Positions 10,747 through 21,234 of a stretch of 64,000 nucleotides of DNA are shown in pieces. Source of the stretch: Bacillota bacterium (GTDB lineage Bacteria; Bacillota; DTU065); NCBI GenBank assembly GCA_028708605.1, contig JAQVYS010000002.1, positions 82 to 64,081 on the forward strand, in the 5' to 3' direction. Below the pieces are notes generated by a model. It was not told where the DNA came from. It ran no database searches and was given only the letters and a program-made list of their open reading frames with translations. How positions within the stretch are numbered: the stretch's first letter is position 1; every line of letters begins with the position of its first letter. Position numbers and translations under genes: made by a program.

Positions 10747-11865
10747 CTAGTCTTTAATACCATAAAAATTTATTTTTTTCTGTCTCATGCTAATGGAAAG
10801 CAAAAGACCGATTGCTACCATATTAACAAGGAGATTGTTTACACCGTAACTAACAAAAGGTAGAGGTAGACCTGTAGATGGCATAAGACCTATTGCTCCC
10901 CCGATATTAATAATCACATGGGAAAAAATAAACAACGTTATTCCTCCTGCAAGTAAGGCTCCAAAACGATCTACTGCGTTTAGAGTAATTTTAATTCCTT
11001 GGTAAATAAGAAAAAAGTATAATGCCAACACACCCATACAACCAATAAAGCCAATTTCTTCTGCAATAACTGCAAATATATAGTCGGTATGATGCTCCGG
11101 CAACCAATTTAGCTGGCTTTGGGTACTGTTAAATAAGCCCTTACCCCAGAGTCTACCTGATCCAACCGCAATCTTAGATTGCCTTACGTTATATCCTGCC
11201 CCATAGACATCAAAGTTAGGATCTAAAAAAACCTTTATCCGGTTTTTTTGATAGTCCTTAAGTAGAAACAAATAAACCGGTGGCGACGAAGCTGCTGCTA
11301 AGACGACACTTAAAACAAGGTGCTTGATTTTAAATCCAGCAAGAAAAAAAAGACCGTAAGATACTATTACAAACACAATACCTGTGCCAATATCTGGTTG
11401 TTTCATAACAAGAACTGTGGGAATAGCGACGATCAATATCGCCTGTACTATCTCCTTCCAGTTAAATGGAGGCTTTCTCTCTGAAAAAAACTTTGCAAGC
11501 GCTATAATAACTGCAAGCTTGGCTATTTCAGAAGGCTGTACTGAAAAACCACCAATATAGATCCATCTTTGAGCGCCTTTAGCTTCCCCACCAAAAATAG
11601 ACACTACAAGCAGAAGTCCGATGGCTAAAGCATAAATTAGCCAAGCAAACCTACCAACGTCACGATAATCCATTAAGGCTACTACAACAAGTACTACAAG
11701 ACCTACAGCAACAAACACTAACTGCCTTTTAAACTCTGAGCCAAGACCATCTATAGCCGAAGCGCAAGTAGCACTATAAACAAATAGTAATCCAACAGCT
11801 ATCAGAAGCACTGTAGCCAAAAGTACTTTCCAATTCATGTTATGTATATAACGGTCAGTTAGCAT
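10747..11865 (-). CDS. rodA: rod shape-determining protein RodA (SEDS family)
   Basis: 372-aa SEDS polytopic membrane protein located next to minCDE, mrdA and mreBCD. Confidence 0.8.
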   Translation of the reverse strand: MLTDRYIHNMNWKVLLATVLLIAVGLLFVYSATCASAIDGLGSEFKRQLVFVAVGLVVLVVVALMDYRDVGRFAWLIYALAIGLLLVVSIFGGEAKGAQRWIYIGGFSVQPSEIAKLAVIIALAKFFSERKPPFNWKEIVQAILIVAIPTVLVMKQPDIGTGIVFVIVSYGLFFLAGFKIKHLVLSVVLAAASSPPVYLFLLKDYQKNRIKVFLDPNFDVYGAGYNVRQSKIAVGSGRLWGKGLFNSTQSQLNWLPEHHTDYIFAVIAEEIGFIGCMGVLALYFFLIYQGIKITLNAVDRFGALLAGGITLFIFSHVIINIGGAIGLMPSTGLPLPFVSYGVNNLLVNMVAIGLLLSISMRQKKINFYGIKD

Positions 11866-11897
11866 TCTCTCACCCCTGTTACAAAAGAGGGCTTCTT

Positions 11898-12167
11898 TTA
11901 AGCCCCCTTAATTACCTCGTTATTCTCCGTTATGGGAATATTTGCCACCAATGCAACTTTTTCGTCTTGAGCCTCCATGCGAAACTCCAAATCTGATACG
12001 TCAATATCTATATAACGTGAAATCACTTCGATTAAATCTCTTTTCATATTCTCGAGTTTCTCTTGGGATATGGTGGTCCGATCATGAATCAAAACAAGAC
12101 GTAGTCTCTCTTTGGCAGCTTTTTTACTTCCTATATCTAGGCCAAATATTTTACGAAAATCAAACAT
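11898..12167 (-). CDS. minE: cell division topological specificity factor MinE
   Basis: 89 aa, MFDFRKIFGL…, immediately downstream of minD. Confidence 0.85.
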   Translation of the reverse strand: MFDFRKIFGLDIGSKKAAKERLRLVLIHDRTTISQEKLENMKRDLIEVISRYIDIDVSDLEFRMEAQDEKVALVANIPITENNEVIKGA

Positions 12168-12179
12168 CTCACCAGCTCC

Positions 12180-12989
12180 CTATTCTGCTAGCCCAAAAAA
12201 CCGTAACACAGTACCGACAAAGCTATGGTTTCTTTCATTAAAAGGAATATCTTGTCCTAACATCCTACCAGCTGCATCTCGGTATGCTTGGGCTAAATGA
12301 TTTTTCCCATTAAGTACAACAGGTTCACCTTTATTCGTTGATACGATTACCGATTCGTCATCGGGGATAACCCCCAAAACTCTAATCTGCAACAATTCTT
12401 CAATATCAGAAACGTCGAGCATCTCTTTTTTTCTTACCATATCCATGCGAATACGGTTTACTAACATTGAGATATTATCCATAGGTATTTCACCTTTTTT
12501 ATCTAAAAGACCAACTACCCTATCTGCATCTCTAACAGACGAAACCTCCGGCGTTACTACAACCACAGCTTCATCCGCCCCAATAATTGCATTTAGAAAT
12601 CCTTGTTCAATGCCTGCAGGGCAATCGATTAAAACATAATCGAACTCAGTCTTAATATCTTCAATAAGCTTTTTCATCTGCTCGGGACTAACTGCATCCT
12701 TATCTTTAGTTTGGGCAGCAGGAAGAAGATATAAACCATCAACACGCTTGTCCTTGATTAAAGCTTTGCGAAATTCAACTGTTCCGTCAATTACATTGAT
12801 CAGATCGTAGACAATGCGATTTTCAAGACCCATAACCACATCAAGGTTTCTAAGACCAATATCAGCATCCAATAGGACTACACTACAACCCTGAAGTGCT
12901 AAAGCAGCTCCTAAATTTGCTGTGGTGGTGGTTTTTCCTACACCACCTTTTCCTGATGTAATTACCACTGCTTTTCCGCTCATAATCAA
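12180..12989 (-). CDS. minD: septum site-determining ATPase MinD
   Basis: Deviant Walker A motif KGGVGKTT. 269 aa. Confidence 0.92.
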   Translation of the reverse strand: MIMSGKAVVITSGKGGVGKTTTTANLGAALALQGCSVVLLDADIGLRNLDVVMGLENRIVYDLINVIDGTVEFRKALIKDKRVDGLYLLPAAQTKDKDAVSPEQMKKLIEDIKTEFDYVLIDCPAGIEQGFLNAIIGADEAVVVVTPEVSSVRDADRVVGLLDKKGEIPMDNISMLVNRIRMDMVRKKEMLDVSDIEELLQIRVLGVIPDDESVIVSTNKGEPVVLNGKNHLAQAYRDAAGRMLGQDIPFNERNHSFVGTVLRFFGLAE

Positions 12990-13684
12990 TCCTCCCTACC
13001 ATGTAACAAACGACGCCAAAACGGAAGTGGATCTTCTTTACCCACTTTTTCCCAAGTTTCGATCACAATACCATTAGATCCAACCCTTGCCACTTCTGGA
13101 TCATGTGGATCTAAGGAATCATCAGGCGATCGGGAGATAAATCCGGCAATGCGTAGCTGAGTAGCTTTTAGTCGAAGTGCCATAATCCTGGCATTCTCGT
13201 TTCCACTTTGGCCAGCATGAGCTACACCCTGAAGACATCCCCAAACTAAAATATTGCCAATGGCTGATATTTCAGCACCAGGATTGACATCACCAATAAG
13301 GACTAAATCCCCATCTACAGATAATTTCTCGCCGGAACGCAGGCGACGTTCAATCCAATAAAGTTTTTGATTATCTTCTTTGCTAGGAGACTTTTGTGGT
13401 GCAGGTGGTTGTATAACCTCAACTACTGAGGCTGAGCCCTCACGTCTAATTTCACTTAAGCTTATACTAGCTGCACACAAAACCTCATGAATTTTTACAA
13501 GGATTTGTGCGTCAAGGACTGACTCCTCAGGAATTACCAAAACGGCTTGACTGCCAACAAAGAAGCTGGGGTTTTCTTTAAGCTTGTCTTCAAGAAGCTG
13601 TATAGCTTGCCCTAAATCTCCCTCTTCGAATTGAATAATAATACCATTTTTACTTCCTTTAATTCGAAGCTGGTTATCTGGCAT
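12986..13684 (-). CDS. minC: septum site-determining protein MinC
   Basis: 232 aa with a C-terminal beta-helical MinC domain. Its stop overlaps the minD start. Confidence 0.8.
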   Translation of the reverse strand: MPDNQLRIKGSKNGIIIQFEEGDLGQAIQLLEDKLKENPSFFVGSQAVLVIPEESVLDAQILVKIHEVLCAASISLSEIRREGSASVVEVIQPPAPQKSPSKEDNQKLYWIERRLRSGEKLSVDGDLVLIGDVNPGAEISAIGNILVWGCLQGVAHAGQSGNENARIMALRLKATQLRIAGFISRSPDDSLDPHDPEVARVGSNGIVIETWEKVGKEDPLPFWRRLLHGRED

Positions 13685-13888
13685 TCTATCACTCTTTCTT
13701 AAATTACCTTATCTAATGACAAATTCTCGAAACCTTCTGTTTCTCCTGCCAAGATGTGCCAAAAGAGCAGTTTATGCCTGATTTTCTTTAATATAAGCAG
13801 CATCCTTATTTAATACCCAAATTCTTGCAGCCACTTTAAATTCCAAGATAACACTTCAAGACTTAGAATCAAACTAATAAATAAATAA

Positions 13889-13933
13889 AAGCCGCGAAGT
13901 AAATGTAACCTAAGGCTAAAGCTTCACGGCTAA
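13889..13933 (-). terminator. hairpin terminator downstream of mrdA
   Basis: On the minus strand: AGCCGTGAAGCTTTAGCCTTAGGTTACATTTACTTCGCGGCTTTT, a stem followed by Ts. Confidence 0.4.
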
Positions 13934-15801
13934 TTTTCGTTATTTTCTATTTCTGTCCCATCTGTTTGTTCCTCAAAAAGCAAATACCTTTCGAAGATTC
14001 CTCTTGCGATTGGAGCTGCCATAGCTCCTCCCGATCCCCCGTTTTCCACTAAGACGCAAATCGCATACTTAGGATCTTCTGCAGGCAAATAGCCTACAAA
14101 CCAGGCATGGCTTTCTCTACCTGGAACCTCAGCACTACCAGTTTTCCCGGCTACCTTGATGGGGAAATCAGCAAATGCTCTCCCAGCAGTACCGCCAGTT
14201 TTAGTAACCAGCTCCATACCGTCTTTTATAATCTGAAGATCTAGGCTTTTAAGTCCTAGGCTCGAGGTTACAACTGGTTCAAATTCCCTTACAACCTCTC
14301 CCGAGGTATCTAAAATAGTTTTTACCATATAAGGCTGATAAACTGAACCACCATTTGCTATTGCTGCATAAAACTGAGCCATCTGTAAGGGAGTTACTTT
14401 GGTAGCTCCCTGCCCAATTGCTACGTCCAAAGTTTCAATTGGATACCAGATCTTATCCTCAGCCTTAGCATAATTACTTCTCTTCCATTGCCTATCTGGA
14501 ATCAGACCAGAAACTTCATCAGGGTAGAGATCAATTCCAGTTTTTTTACTAAAACCAAAACTCTTCGCATACTCAGATAGTTTATCTATACCAAGCTCTT
14601 TGCTCATCTCATAAAAGGGAATATTACAAGAGACCTTTAGTCCAGTCAGAAGATCAACAGTGCCATGGGGCCCATAGATACAACGTTTACCATACTCCAT
14701 CTCCCATCCCCCTCTGCCATAAGGGTATGGAGCATCAAACCAAGTTGTCGACCTATCAACAATACCTTCACGAAGAGAACTTGCCATAATAATAGGTTTA
14801 AAAGCAGAGCCAGGAGGATAAGTACCACGTGTTACTCGGTTTAAAAGTGGTGATCGAGTGTCCTTTTCAATTTGCGGGAAGTCTAAATTATACGTATTAG
14901 CATTAAAATCAGGATAGCTAAAGAGACTTAAAACTTCGCCACTTTCAGGCCTCAAGATAACTACAGCTACTCCGTTAATGGGAGTTTCTGTATTTTCCAT
15001 TTCAAACGCTTTATTCTCAACTACATCCTCAGTTATTGCTTGCAACCTATAGTCTAAAGTTAAAATGATATCATTGCCTCTAATTGGCTCCTGCCGGCCA
15101 ACTTCTCGTACAGGCATCTGTCTGGCATCAATCTCTATCTCATAGGCACCGTCTATGCCCTTTAGATCAAATTCGTAAAACCGTTCAATACCGTATTTAC
15201 CCACTCTATGGTTAGAACCATAACCATACTCCGACCAGTCTCTTAATTCGCTTGCACTAATCATACCGACATGACCGAGAACATGAGCGGCAAAGCTATC
15301 ATAGACATAGTGTCTTACTGGAACCTTCTCCACGATGACACCAGGAAGCCTCCAGCTTTGCTCATAGATATACATCGCTTTTTCGGCTCCAACATCATCA
15401 ACGATTCTATAGGGCTCGTATCCAAGACGATCTCTTCTTAATGGCGAAAGCATGTTTAAAACGTAACCTTCTGCCACATCTAATATTTCAGCCAAAAGTG
15501 CTATCTTCTCTGGAGAATTCCGTACCTGTCCAGCCACATCTGGAAGCACACTCACTGTAAAAGCCATACGGTTTGTTACAAGTGGCACATTATCTCGATC
15601 ATAGATGATTCCTCTAGGAGCAAAAAGCGAAATAACCCTTGTCCTTTGGTTAATTGCTACCTCGCTAAACTCCTCTCCTTGAATAATCTGCAGATGCCAA
15701 AGGCGAAGCAAAAGTAGCAGAAAAATAGCCGCAAAGATCCCAATAAGAATTCTTCCTCTTTGGGAATCAACTGTTACATCTCGCAGTTCAAAATCACGCA
15801 T
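13930..15801 (-). CDS. mrdA: penicillin-binding protein 2 (class B PBP; mrdA/SpoVD-like)
   Basis: 623 aa with an N-terminal TM helix, a dimerisation domain, and the transpeptidase SxxK (…TYPPGSAFKP…) and KTG (…KVAGKTGSA…) motifs. Confidence 0.85.
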   Translation of the reverse strand: MRDFELRDVTVDSQRGRILIGIFAAIFLLLLLRLWHLQIIQGEEFSEVAINQRTRVISLFAPRGIIYDRDNVPLVTNRMAFTVSVLPDVAGQVRNSPEKIALLAEILDVAEGYVLNMLSPLRRDRLGYEPYRIVDDVGAEKAMYIYEQSWRLPGVIVEKVPVRHYVYDSFAAHVLGHVGMISASELRDWSEYGYGSNHRVGKYGIERFYEFDLKGIDGAYEIEIDARQMPVREVGRQEPIRGNDIILTLDYRLQAITEDVVENKAFEMENTETPINGVAVVILRPESGEVLSLFSYPDFNANTYNLDFPQIEKDTRSPLLNRVTRGTYPPGSAFKPIIMASSLREGIVDRSTTWFDAPYPYGRGGWEMEYGKRCIYGPHGTVDLLTGLKVSCNIPFYEMSKELGIDKLSEYAKSFGFSKKTGIDLYPDEVSGLIPDRQWKRSNYAKAEDKIWYPIETLDVAIGQGATKVTPLQMAQFYAAIANGGSVYQPYMVKTILDTSGEVVREFEPVVTSSLGLKSLDLQIIKDGMELVTKTGGTAGRAFADFPIKVAGKTGSAEVPGRESHAWFVGYLPAEDPKYAICVLVENGGSGGAMAAPIARGIFERYLLFEEQTDGTEIENNEN

Positions 15802-15813
15802 CGCTCTTCTCCT

Positions 15814-16293
15814 CTACATCTCAGGCGATAGTTTCTTTCTCAACAAAATATAGATAATAATAGCTGAGACTAGATTAACTAATATCTTCAGCCCAATAAT
15901 TTCTAAATCAAGAGCTAGCTGCCAGCCATCATAGCTAAATGCTAGCGAAAAAAACGTTGCCGAAAAAATAGACACTAAAGTGGCCACAAATGTTGCAATA
16001 AGATAAGTAAATAATCCCAAATCAATAATGTGGTTAGCTAAAAAGCCTATCCCTACAGCGATTAATCCATAAGTTAGTGCCATCTGTGTTAGTCCAAATC
16101 CGAGGGAGATGTCGATTATTGCTCCAGCCAAAATCCCTGTAATCATACCGAAGTTTGGGCTAATATTAAGTGCTGCTAAAACCGCTAGAAGTAGACCAAG
16201 AGCTGGTATGTTGCTACTAATAACAGGAAAAAATGAAATCTCCAAAATACTTAAAATCAAGGTAAGTACCAAGTAATGCCATTTTTTCATCAC
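15814..16293 (-). CDS. mreD: rod shape-determining protein MreD
   Basis: 159-aa polytopic membrane protein lying between mreC and mrdA. Confidence 0.6.
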   Translation of the reverse strand: MMKKWHYLVLTLILSILEISFFPVISSNIPALGLLLAVLAALNISPNFGMITGILAGAIIDISLGFGLTQMALTYGLIAVGIGFLANHIIDLGLFTYLIATFVATLVSIFSATFFSLAFSYDGWQLALDLEIIGLKILVNLVSAIIIYILLRKKLSPEM

Positions 16294-17147
16294 AGGGAAG
16301 CCTCCTCTGTCACAAGAGGGGTAAAGAGGATAAACACCTCTTCAAGACGTGAAAAATCAACAGATGGTCTTAACGTTCCAGTAATACCTTCAGGTCCTCT
16401 TATAACGTTAGTTATAACACCGATATTAAGACCCTTTGGATATACACCTCCAAAACCTGAGGTTATCACCAGATCTCCTTCTTGAAAATCGATAATTGAG
16501 GACGTAATTGAAGAGTCTCCTTCTTCTTTTTGGTAAAGAGGAGTTACTTTCAGTAGACCGTTACTGTTTGCTTTGTCTACAATGACAAAGTCTCTCGTCC
16601 TTTGAATAATGCCCCCAAGTGCAGTTTTTGGATCTACCAAAAGAGTTACCTGAGAGGTAAAGGCACTAGTAAAGGTGACATGTCCTACAACGCCAGAATA
16701 GGTAACTATAGGCGTACCTTCTGTCACGCCGTTCTTATCGCCTTTATCGATAATAATAGTATTTAGCCAAGCTCTTGGGTCTCTGCCAATAACTTTAGCT
16801 GGAACAAGGGTCGCATCTGAATCATTCTTAAAGCCCACTAAGTCTTTTAATCGTTCATTTTCTAATCGTACTTCAGTTAACTTTTCTATCTCAAGTTGCA
16901 CCTTTTTAAGTTCTTCTTCAAGCCTTATAACCTCGCTTGCAGCACTTTTAAGAGAGGTTAGATACTCCCAAGAATTTGTAAGTGCAGTGCCTACTGTTGA
17001 AAAGGCCTTTTGAAACGGGAAAATTACATCTCTCCAAATCTTTTCAACAGCAGTAAGCTTTTCTCTTGGAACAGTAGTGCTGAAAACCAAAATTAAAACA
17101 ACAATTCCAATAATTACGGAGAGCAGAAGCTGTAACTTTTTTGACAT
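16290..17147 (-). CDS. mreC: rod shape-determining protein MreC
   Basis: 285 aa with an N-terminal TM helix, a coiled-coil and beta domains. It sits downstream of mreB. Confidence 0.8.
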   Translation of the reverse strand: MSKKLQLLLSVIIGIVVLILVFSTTVPREKLTAVEKIWRDVIFPFQKAFSTVGTALTNSWEYLTSLKSAASEVIRLEEELKKVQLEIEKLTEVRLENERLKDLVGFKNDSDATLVPAKVIGRDPRAWLNTIIIDKGDKNGVTEGTPIVTYSGVVGHVTFTSAFTSQVTLLVDPKTALGGIIQRTRDFVIVDKANSNGLLKVTPLYQKEEGDSSITSSIIDFQEGDLVITSGFGGVYPKGLNIGVITNVIRGPEGITGTLRPSVDFSRLEEVFILFTPLVTEEASL

Positions 17148-17203
17148 TCATAATTGCGGCCAGCTATGCCGCTCTCCCCCCTTTATAATAGAATCAACCT
17201 GAA

Positions 17204-18217
17204 TTAATATGCGACGCGCTCTAAAATATTAAAGTGTTCTAAAGCCTTTCCTGTACCGTAGACCACACAATTAAGTGGCTCCTCAGGTTTTAAAACCGGC
17301 ATGCCAGTCTCTTTTGAAAGCAGCTTGTCTAAGCCACGAAGCTGAGAACTCCCACCTGCAAGCATAATTCCGCGTTCCATAATATCAGCAGAAAGCTCAG
17401 CTGGTGTGCTTTCTAATGTCATGCGGACTGAATCGATAATATTCTGAACAGACTCTCGAAGTGCTTCTTGGATCTCTCTTGCAGAGACTGTAACTGTATT
17501 TGGAAGACCTGTAACTAGATCCCTTCCTCGAATTTGCATAGTTTCTTCGGCTTCTTCTGGTTCTAAGTATGCAGCACCGATACCAGTTTTGACCTTTTCT
17601 GCAGTTGGAGTTCCAATTAAAAGACTGTAGGTGCGGCGGACATACTGAACAATTGCCATATCCATCTCATCGCCTGCAGAGCGTCTCGATTGATGAGTGA
17701 CCATACCACCTAAAGAGATCACAGCAACTTCAGTTGTCCCTCCTCCAATATCTACAATCATGCTCCCGATAGCATCTTGTATAGGCAGTCCTGCGCCAAT
17801 AGCCGCTGCCATAGGTTCTAAGATTAGCCTTGCATCTTTTGCTCCAGCTTGCTTAGCAGCATCCACGACAGCACGTTTTTCAACCTCAGTGACACCACTT
17901 GGAACAGCAACTAATACTCGTGCTTTAATAAACCAATGTTTTTTAAGGACTGAACTGATATAATGCCGTAGCATCTTCTCTGCAACCTCTAAATCGGCAA
18001 TAACACCCTCTCTAAGAGGTCTTACAGCCACTATATTTGAAGGGGTACGCCCCACCATCTTATTTGCCTCAACACCAACTGCCAATACTTCGTTAGTATT
18101 AGTGTCTAAAGCAACAACTGATGGTTCTTTAAGAACAATACCTTTACCTTTCATGTACACTAAGGTATTTGCTGTACCTAAATCAATTCCAAGATCTCTA
18201 TATATACCAAAGGCCAT
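17204..18217 (-). CDS. mreB: rod shape-determining protein MreB
   Basis: Actin-fold protein, …[12 protein letters not shown]…. 337 aa. Confidence 0.92.
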   Translation of the reverse strand: MAFGIYRDLGIDLGTANTLVYMKGKGIVLKEPSVVALDTNTNEVLAVGVEANKMVGRTPSNIVAVRPLREGVIADLEVAEKMLRHYISSVLKKHWFIKARVLVAVPSGVTEVEKRAVVDAAKQAGAKDARLILEPMAAAIGAGLPIQDAIGSMIVDIGGGTTEVAVISLGGMVTHQSRRSAGDEMDMAIVQYVRRTYSLLIGTPTAEKVKTGIGAAYLEPEEAEETMQIRGRDLVTGLPNTVTVSAREIQEALRESVQNIIDSVRMTLESTPAELSADIMERGIMLAGGSSQLRGLDKLLSKETGMPVLKPEEPLNCVVYGTGKALEHFNILERVAY

Positions 18218-18232
18218 CTTCTTTGCCCCTTT

Positions 18233-18913
18233 CTAATCCATAAGACCATGCTCCTTCATGCTATAATAAGTTTGTCCGGCAAGGATCACATGATCTAGGA
18301 CACAAATTCCAAGTAGTTTACCTGCTTCAATTATCCTCTCCGTTACTAGCTTATCCTCAAAAGATGGTCTTGGATCACCGCTAGGGTGATTATGCACAAG
18401 CACTACCCCTGCAGCAGAGCGGCGAATACAACTCTTAAAAAGCTCTCTTGGATGGACAATCGATGCATCTAGACTACCGATCGATATCGTATCGACCCCT
18501 AGTAGTCTGTGACGATTATCTAAAAGTAAAACAATAAACCTCTCTCTATCAAGATCGGAAACAGTCGCTCCCAAAAGGTCAAAAACCTCGCCTGCACTTT
18601 CTATCATGGCCATATTTTCTGGTTCATAGGTGTGTAATCTGCGCGAAAGCTCAATGAGAGCCAAAATAGATATTCCTTTAGCCTCTCCAATCCCCGGAAT
18701 TTCAAGCAATTCGGAGAGTGAAGCATCCTTTAAGCCCTTTAATCCTCCACACTTGCATAACAGCTTGTCCGCGAGGGAAATAGCCGATACACCTCTATAC
18801 CCACTGCCTAACAAAATAGCTAAAAGTTCCTGATTCGAGAGGACGTTTGCTCCCCACCGAGCTAGTTTTTCCCTTGGCCTCTCATTTTCTGGCAGCTTCT
18901 TAATAGACCACAT
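18233..18913 (-). CDS. radC: RadC-family JAB-domain protein
   Basis: Contains …NERPREKL…, HhH and JAMM motifs (HNHPSGDPRPS). I trimmed the start to the M of MWSIKKL, because the longer start would overlap maf by 29 bp. Confidence 0.75.
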   Translation of the reverse strand: MWSIKKLPENERPREKLARWGANVLSNQELLAILLGSGYRGVSAISLADKLLCKCGGLKGLKDASLSELLEIPGIGEAKGISILALIELSRRLHTYEPENMAMIESAGEVFDLLGATVSDLDRERFIVLLLDNRHRLLGVDTISIGSLDASIVHPRELFKSCIRRSAAGVVLVHNHPSGDPRPSFEDKLVTERIIEAGKLLGICVLDHVILAGQTYYSMKEHGLMD

Positions 18914-18923
18914 AACAATCCTC

Positions 18924-19496
18924 CTACCACAGTTTATATAGATTTGCTTCACCTAACATTTTAGCTGTCTGAGCTAAAGGTAAGCCAACTACGTTGTGGT
19001 AGGAACCTCTTATCGCTGTAACAAAAACACCTGCAAAACCTTGTATGCCATAACCGCCTGCTTTATCAAACGGTTCGTTGCTCTTTATATACTCTGCAAG
19101 TTCCTTAGGTCTTATCTCTCTAAAGTCAACCTCTGTTAGTTCAGCTATGACTTTGTTATAGTTGTAAAAAACACTCTTTAATGCTACCCCAGTATAAACT
19201 TGATGAGTTTTACCACTTAAAAGTGTTAACATAGCCTTGGCATCTGCAGCGTCTTTGGGCTTGCCTAAGACTTTTTTTCCCAGACAGACTATAGTATCTG
19301 CTGCTAGAACAAAATCTTTAGGGTTTTTTTCTGCAACAAAATCTGCTTTCATTGAAGCTAGTTTCATTACAAGTCTTTCAGGATTCTCTTCGCTAATTCC
19401 TTCATTTATAGCAGACGGATACGTAATGTAATCAATTTCCAGTAAATCGAGAAGTTCTCGCCTTCTAGGCGATTTCGATGCTAATATTAAACCCAT
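18924..19496 (-). CDS. maf: Maf-family nucleoside triphosphate pyrophosphatase
   Basis: MGLILASKSPRRRELL… 190 aa. Confidence 0.85.
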   Translation of the reverse strand: MGLILASKSPRRRELLDLLEIDYITYPSAINEGISEENPERLVMKLASMKADFVAEKNPKDFVLAADTIVCLGKKVLGKPKDAADAKAMLTLLSGKTHQVYTGVALKSVFYNYNKVIAELTEVDFREIRPKELAEYIKSNEPFDKAGGYGIQGFAGVFVTAIRGSYHNVVGLPLAQTAKMLGEANLYKLW

Positions 19497-19719
19497 ATCC
19501 TTATCCTCTTTTCAGTTTACCACTCAAGATTAGCTAAAACAAGCATACCAGAAGTACTATACAATAATTACTATCATTCAAAAAGAGCATATTACATACT
19601 TATTTTCTAATGTTTTTTCTAGAAAAATAAGGCAAAGACCTCTTTATTAAGCTAATCCTTTTAAAGAGCAAAAACTTTAGTACTAAACTGGTAATAAAAA
19701 GTTAAGATTAGATTTATAG

Positions 19720-20667
19720 GTGATTATGATGAAGATAACTTTTCTTGGCACAGGAGCCGGAAAACCAAGCAAAGAACGCAACGTATCTAGCCTTTTACTA
19801 AATATGGTTGAAGAGTTAGGCTATGCCTTTTTATTTGACTGCGGGGAAGGAGCCCAATTGAGGCTCATGCACCTTCCAGTTAAACTAAACCAAATCAATC
19901 ATATTTTTATTACTCATCTTCATGGAGACCATCTCTTTGGTCTTCCTGGTCTTTTAGGAAGCCGCTCCTTTGAAAATAAGGCGGTTCCTCTTGACATCTA
20001 CGGTCCTAAAGGATTAGCCCTTTTTATAGATACTATCTTAAAGGTTAGCCAAACTCACCTTAGCTATCCATTCGAAGTTACTGAAATCTCTTCAGGCGAT
20101 GCTTTTTACTTCGACCGTTTTAAGATTGAAACAGCCCTTCTTGACCATGGTCTACCTAGCTTTGGTTATCGCGTCACAGAAACAAAGCCAGGTGCCTTAG
20201 ATGCAGAAAAGCTAAAGGAGTTAGGTGTGCCACCAGGCCCTATTTATGGGAGACTTAAAAACGGTGAAACTGTCGTTTTAGACGGAAACACTTATAGGGG
20301 ATCTGACTTTATAAAAGATCAAAAAACAGACCGTGTTATTACCATCTGTGGAGATACTAGAAAATGCGACTCAGCAATTAAACTCGCAAAAGACTCTAGT
20401 GTTTTAGTTTTTGAAGCAACTTACATGGATATCCATCAAGAAAAGGCCGACAAATACTACCATTCTACCTCGAAAGATGCAGCTAGTATAGCAAGCGAAT
20501 CAGGTACAAGAAGCCTAATCTTAAATCACACAAGCTCGCGCTACCTTGATCAAGGTAAAGCCTTACTTGAAGAAGCAAAGGAAGTTTTTGGAAACACTTA
20601 TCTTGCATCAGACTTTACAGAGTTTGATGTTACCCCTGATGGGGCTAAAGTCTTGAGTTTCAGTTAA
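19720..20667 (+). CDS. rnz: ribonuclease Z
   Basis: Metallo-beta-lactamase HxHxDH motif (HLHGDH). 315 aa. Confidence 0.85.
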   Translation: MIMMKITFLGTGAGKPSKERNVSSLLLNMVEELGYAFLFDCGEGAQLRLMHLPVKLNQINHIFITHLHGDHLFGLPGLLGSRSFENKAVPLDIYGPKGLALFIDTILKVSQTHLSYPFEVTEISSGDAFYFDRFKIETALLDHGLPSFGYRVTETKPGALDAEKLKELGVPPGPIYGRLKNGETVVLDGNTYRGSDFIKDQKTDRVITICGDTRKCDSAIKLAKDSSVLVFEATYMDIHQEKADKYYHSTSKDAASIASESGTRSLILNHTSSRYLDQGKALLEEAKEVFGNTYLASDFTEFDVTPDGAKVLSFS

Positions 20668-20674
20668 CCTCCCT

Positions 20675-20710
20675 AAGTGAAAACCCCTGCCTTTCTGTGG
20701 CAGGGGTTTT
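20675..20710. terminator. bidirectional rho-independent terminator between rnz (+) and the SPOR gene (-)
   Basis: AAAACCCCTGCCTTTCTGTGGCAGGGGTTTT is a perfect hairpin flanked by A-runs and T-runs on both strands. Confidence 0.65.
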
Positions 20711-20711
20711 A

Positions 20712-21212
20712 TTACTGCATAATATATACTTCGTAACCTTTGATTTCTATCTGATTTTTTAACGCCTCTGCATTTGCTTTCTCACTAAATGCACCCACTT
20801 GCACATAAAAAGGCCCCGATCCTGTCCCAATCACATAAGTTTCAAATCCTGATGCCTTTAAATCAGCTTCTACTGCTCTTGCCTGCGAGATAGTAGAGTA
20901 GGAACCAACTCTGACCCGATAAAGCGTGCCACCTATGTTTGGAGCAGTTGTGTCTGGGTAATCTACAGAAACAGTAGTTGCTGGTTGTTCAGACTCCTCT
21001 GGTAAATTAGATGTTGAACTAATAACCAAGTTGTCTTCTAGAAGCGGATCGGCTTCTGCTACTTTATTTAGCAAGAAATTACCTAACATAACTCCAAACC
21101 ATACAGCCATCACACCCAAGGCCACAAAACCAACATAGAGCCAACGGTTGTTCTTTAACGAATAGTTCGGCTTCTTTGCCAAATTTTCCTCAACTCCTTC
21201 CAAATGGGGCAA
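20712..21212 (-). CDS. SPOR-domain protein (N-terminal TM helix, C-terminal SPOR domain)
   Basis: 166 aa. The C-terminus …YRVRVGSYSTISQARAVEADLKASGFETYVIG…YVQVGAFSEKANAEALKNQIEIKGYEVYI has a SPOR repeat pattern. Confidence 0.6.
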   Translation of the reverse strand: MPHLEGVEENLAKKPNYSLKNNRWLYVGFVALGVMAVWFGVMLGNFLLNKVAEADPLLEDNLVISSTSNLPEESEQPATTVSVDYPDTTAPNIGGTLYRVRVGSYSTISQARAVEADLKASGFETYVIGTGSGPFYVQVGAFSEKANAEALKNQIEIKGYEVYIMQ

Positions 21213-21234
21213 AGGTGTACAATTAAATCTATTT

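Noticed and set aside
19497-19719. Divergent intergenic region between maf and rnz as a possible sRNA locus.
   Set aside because: It is AT-rich and consistent with two back-to-back promoters. There is no hairpin or terminator structure or conserved motif to support a separate feature.
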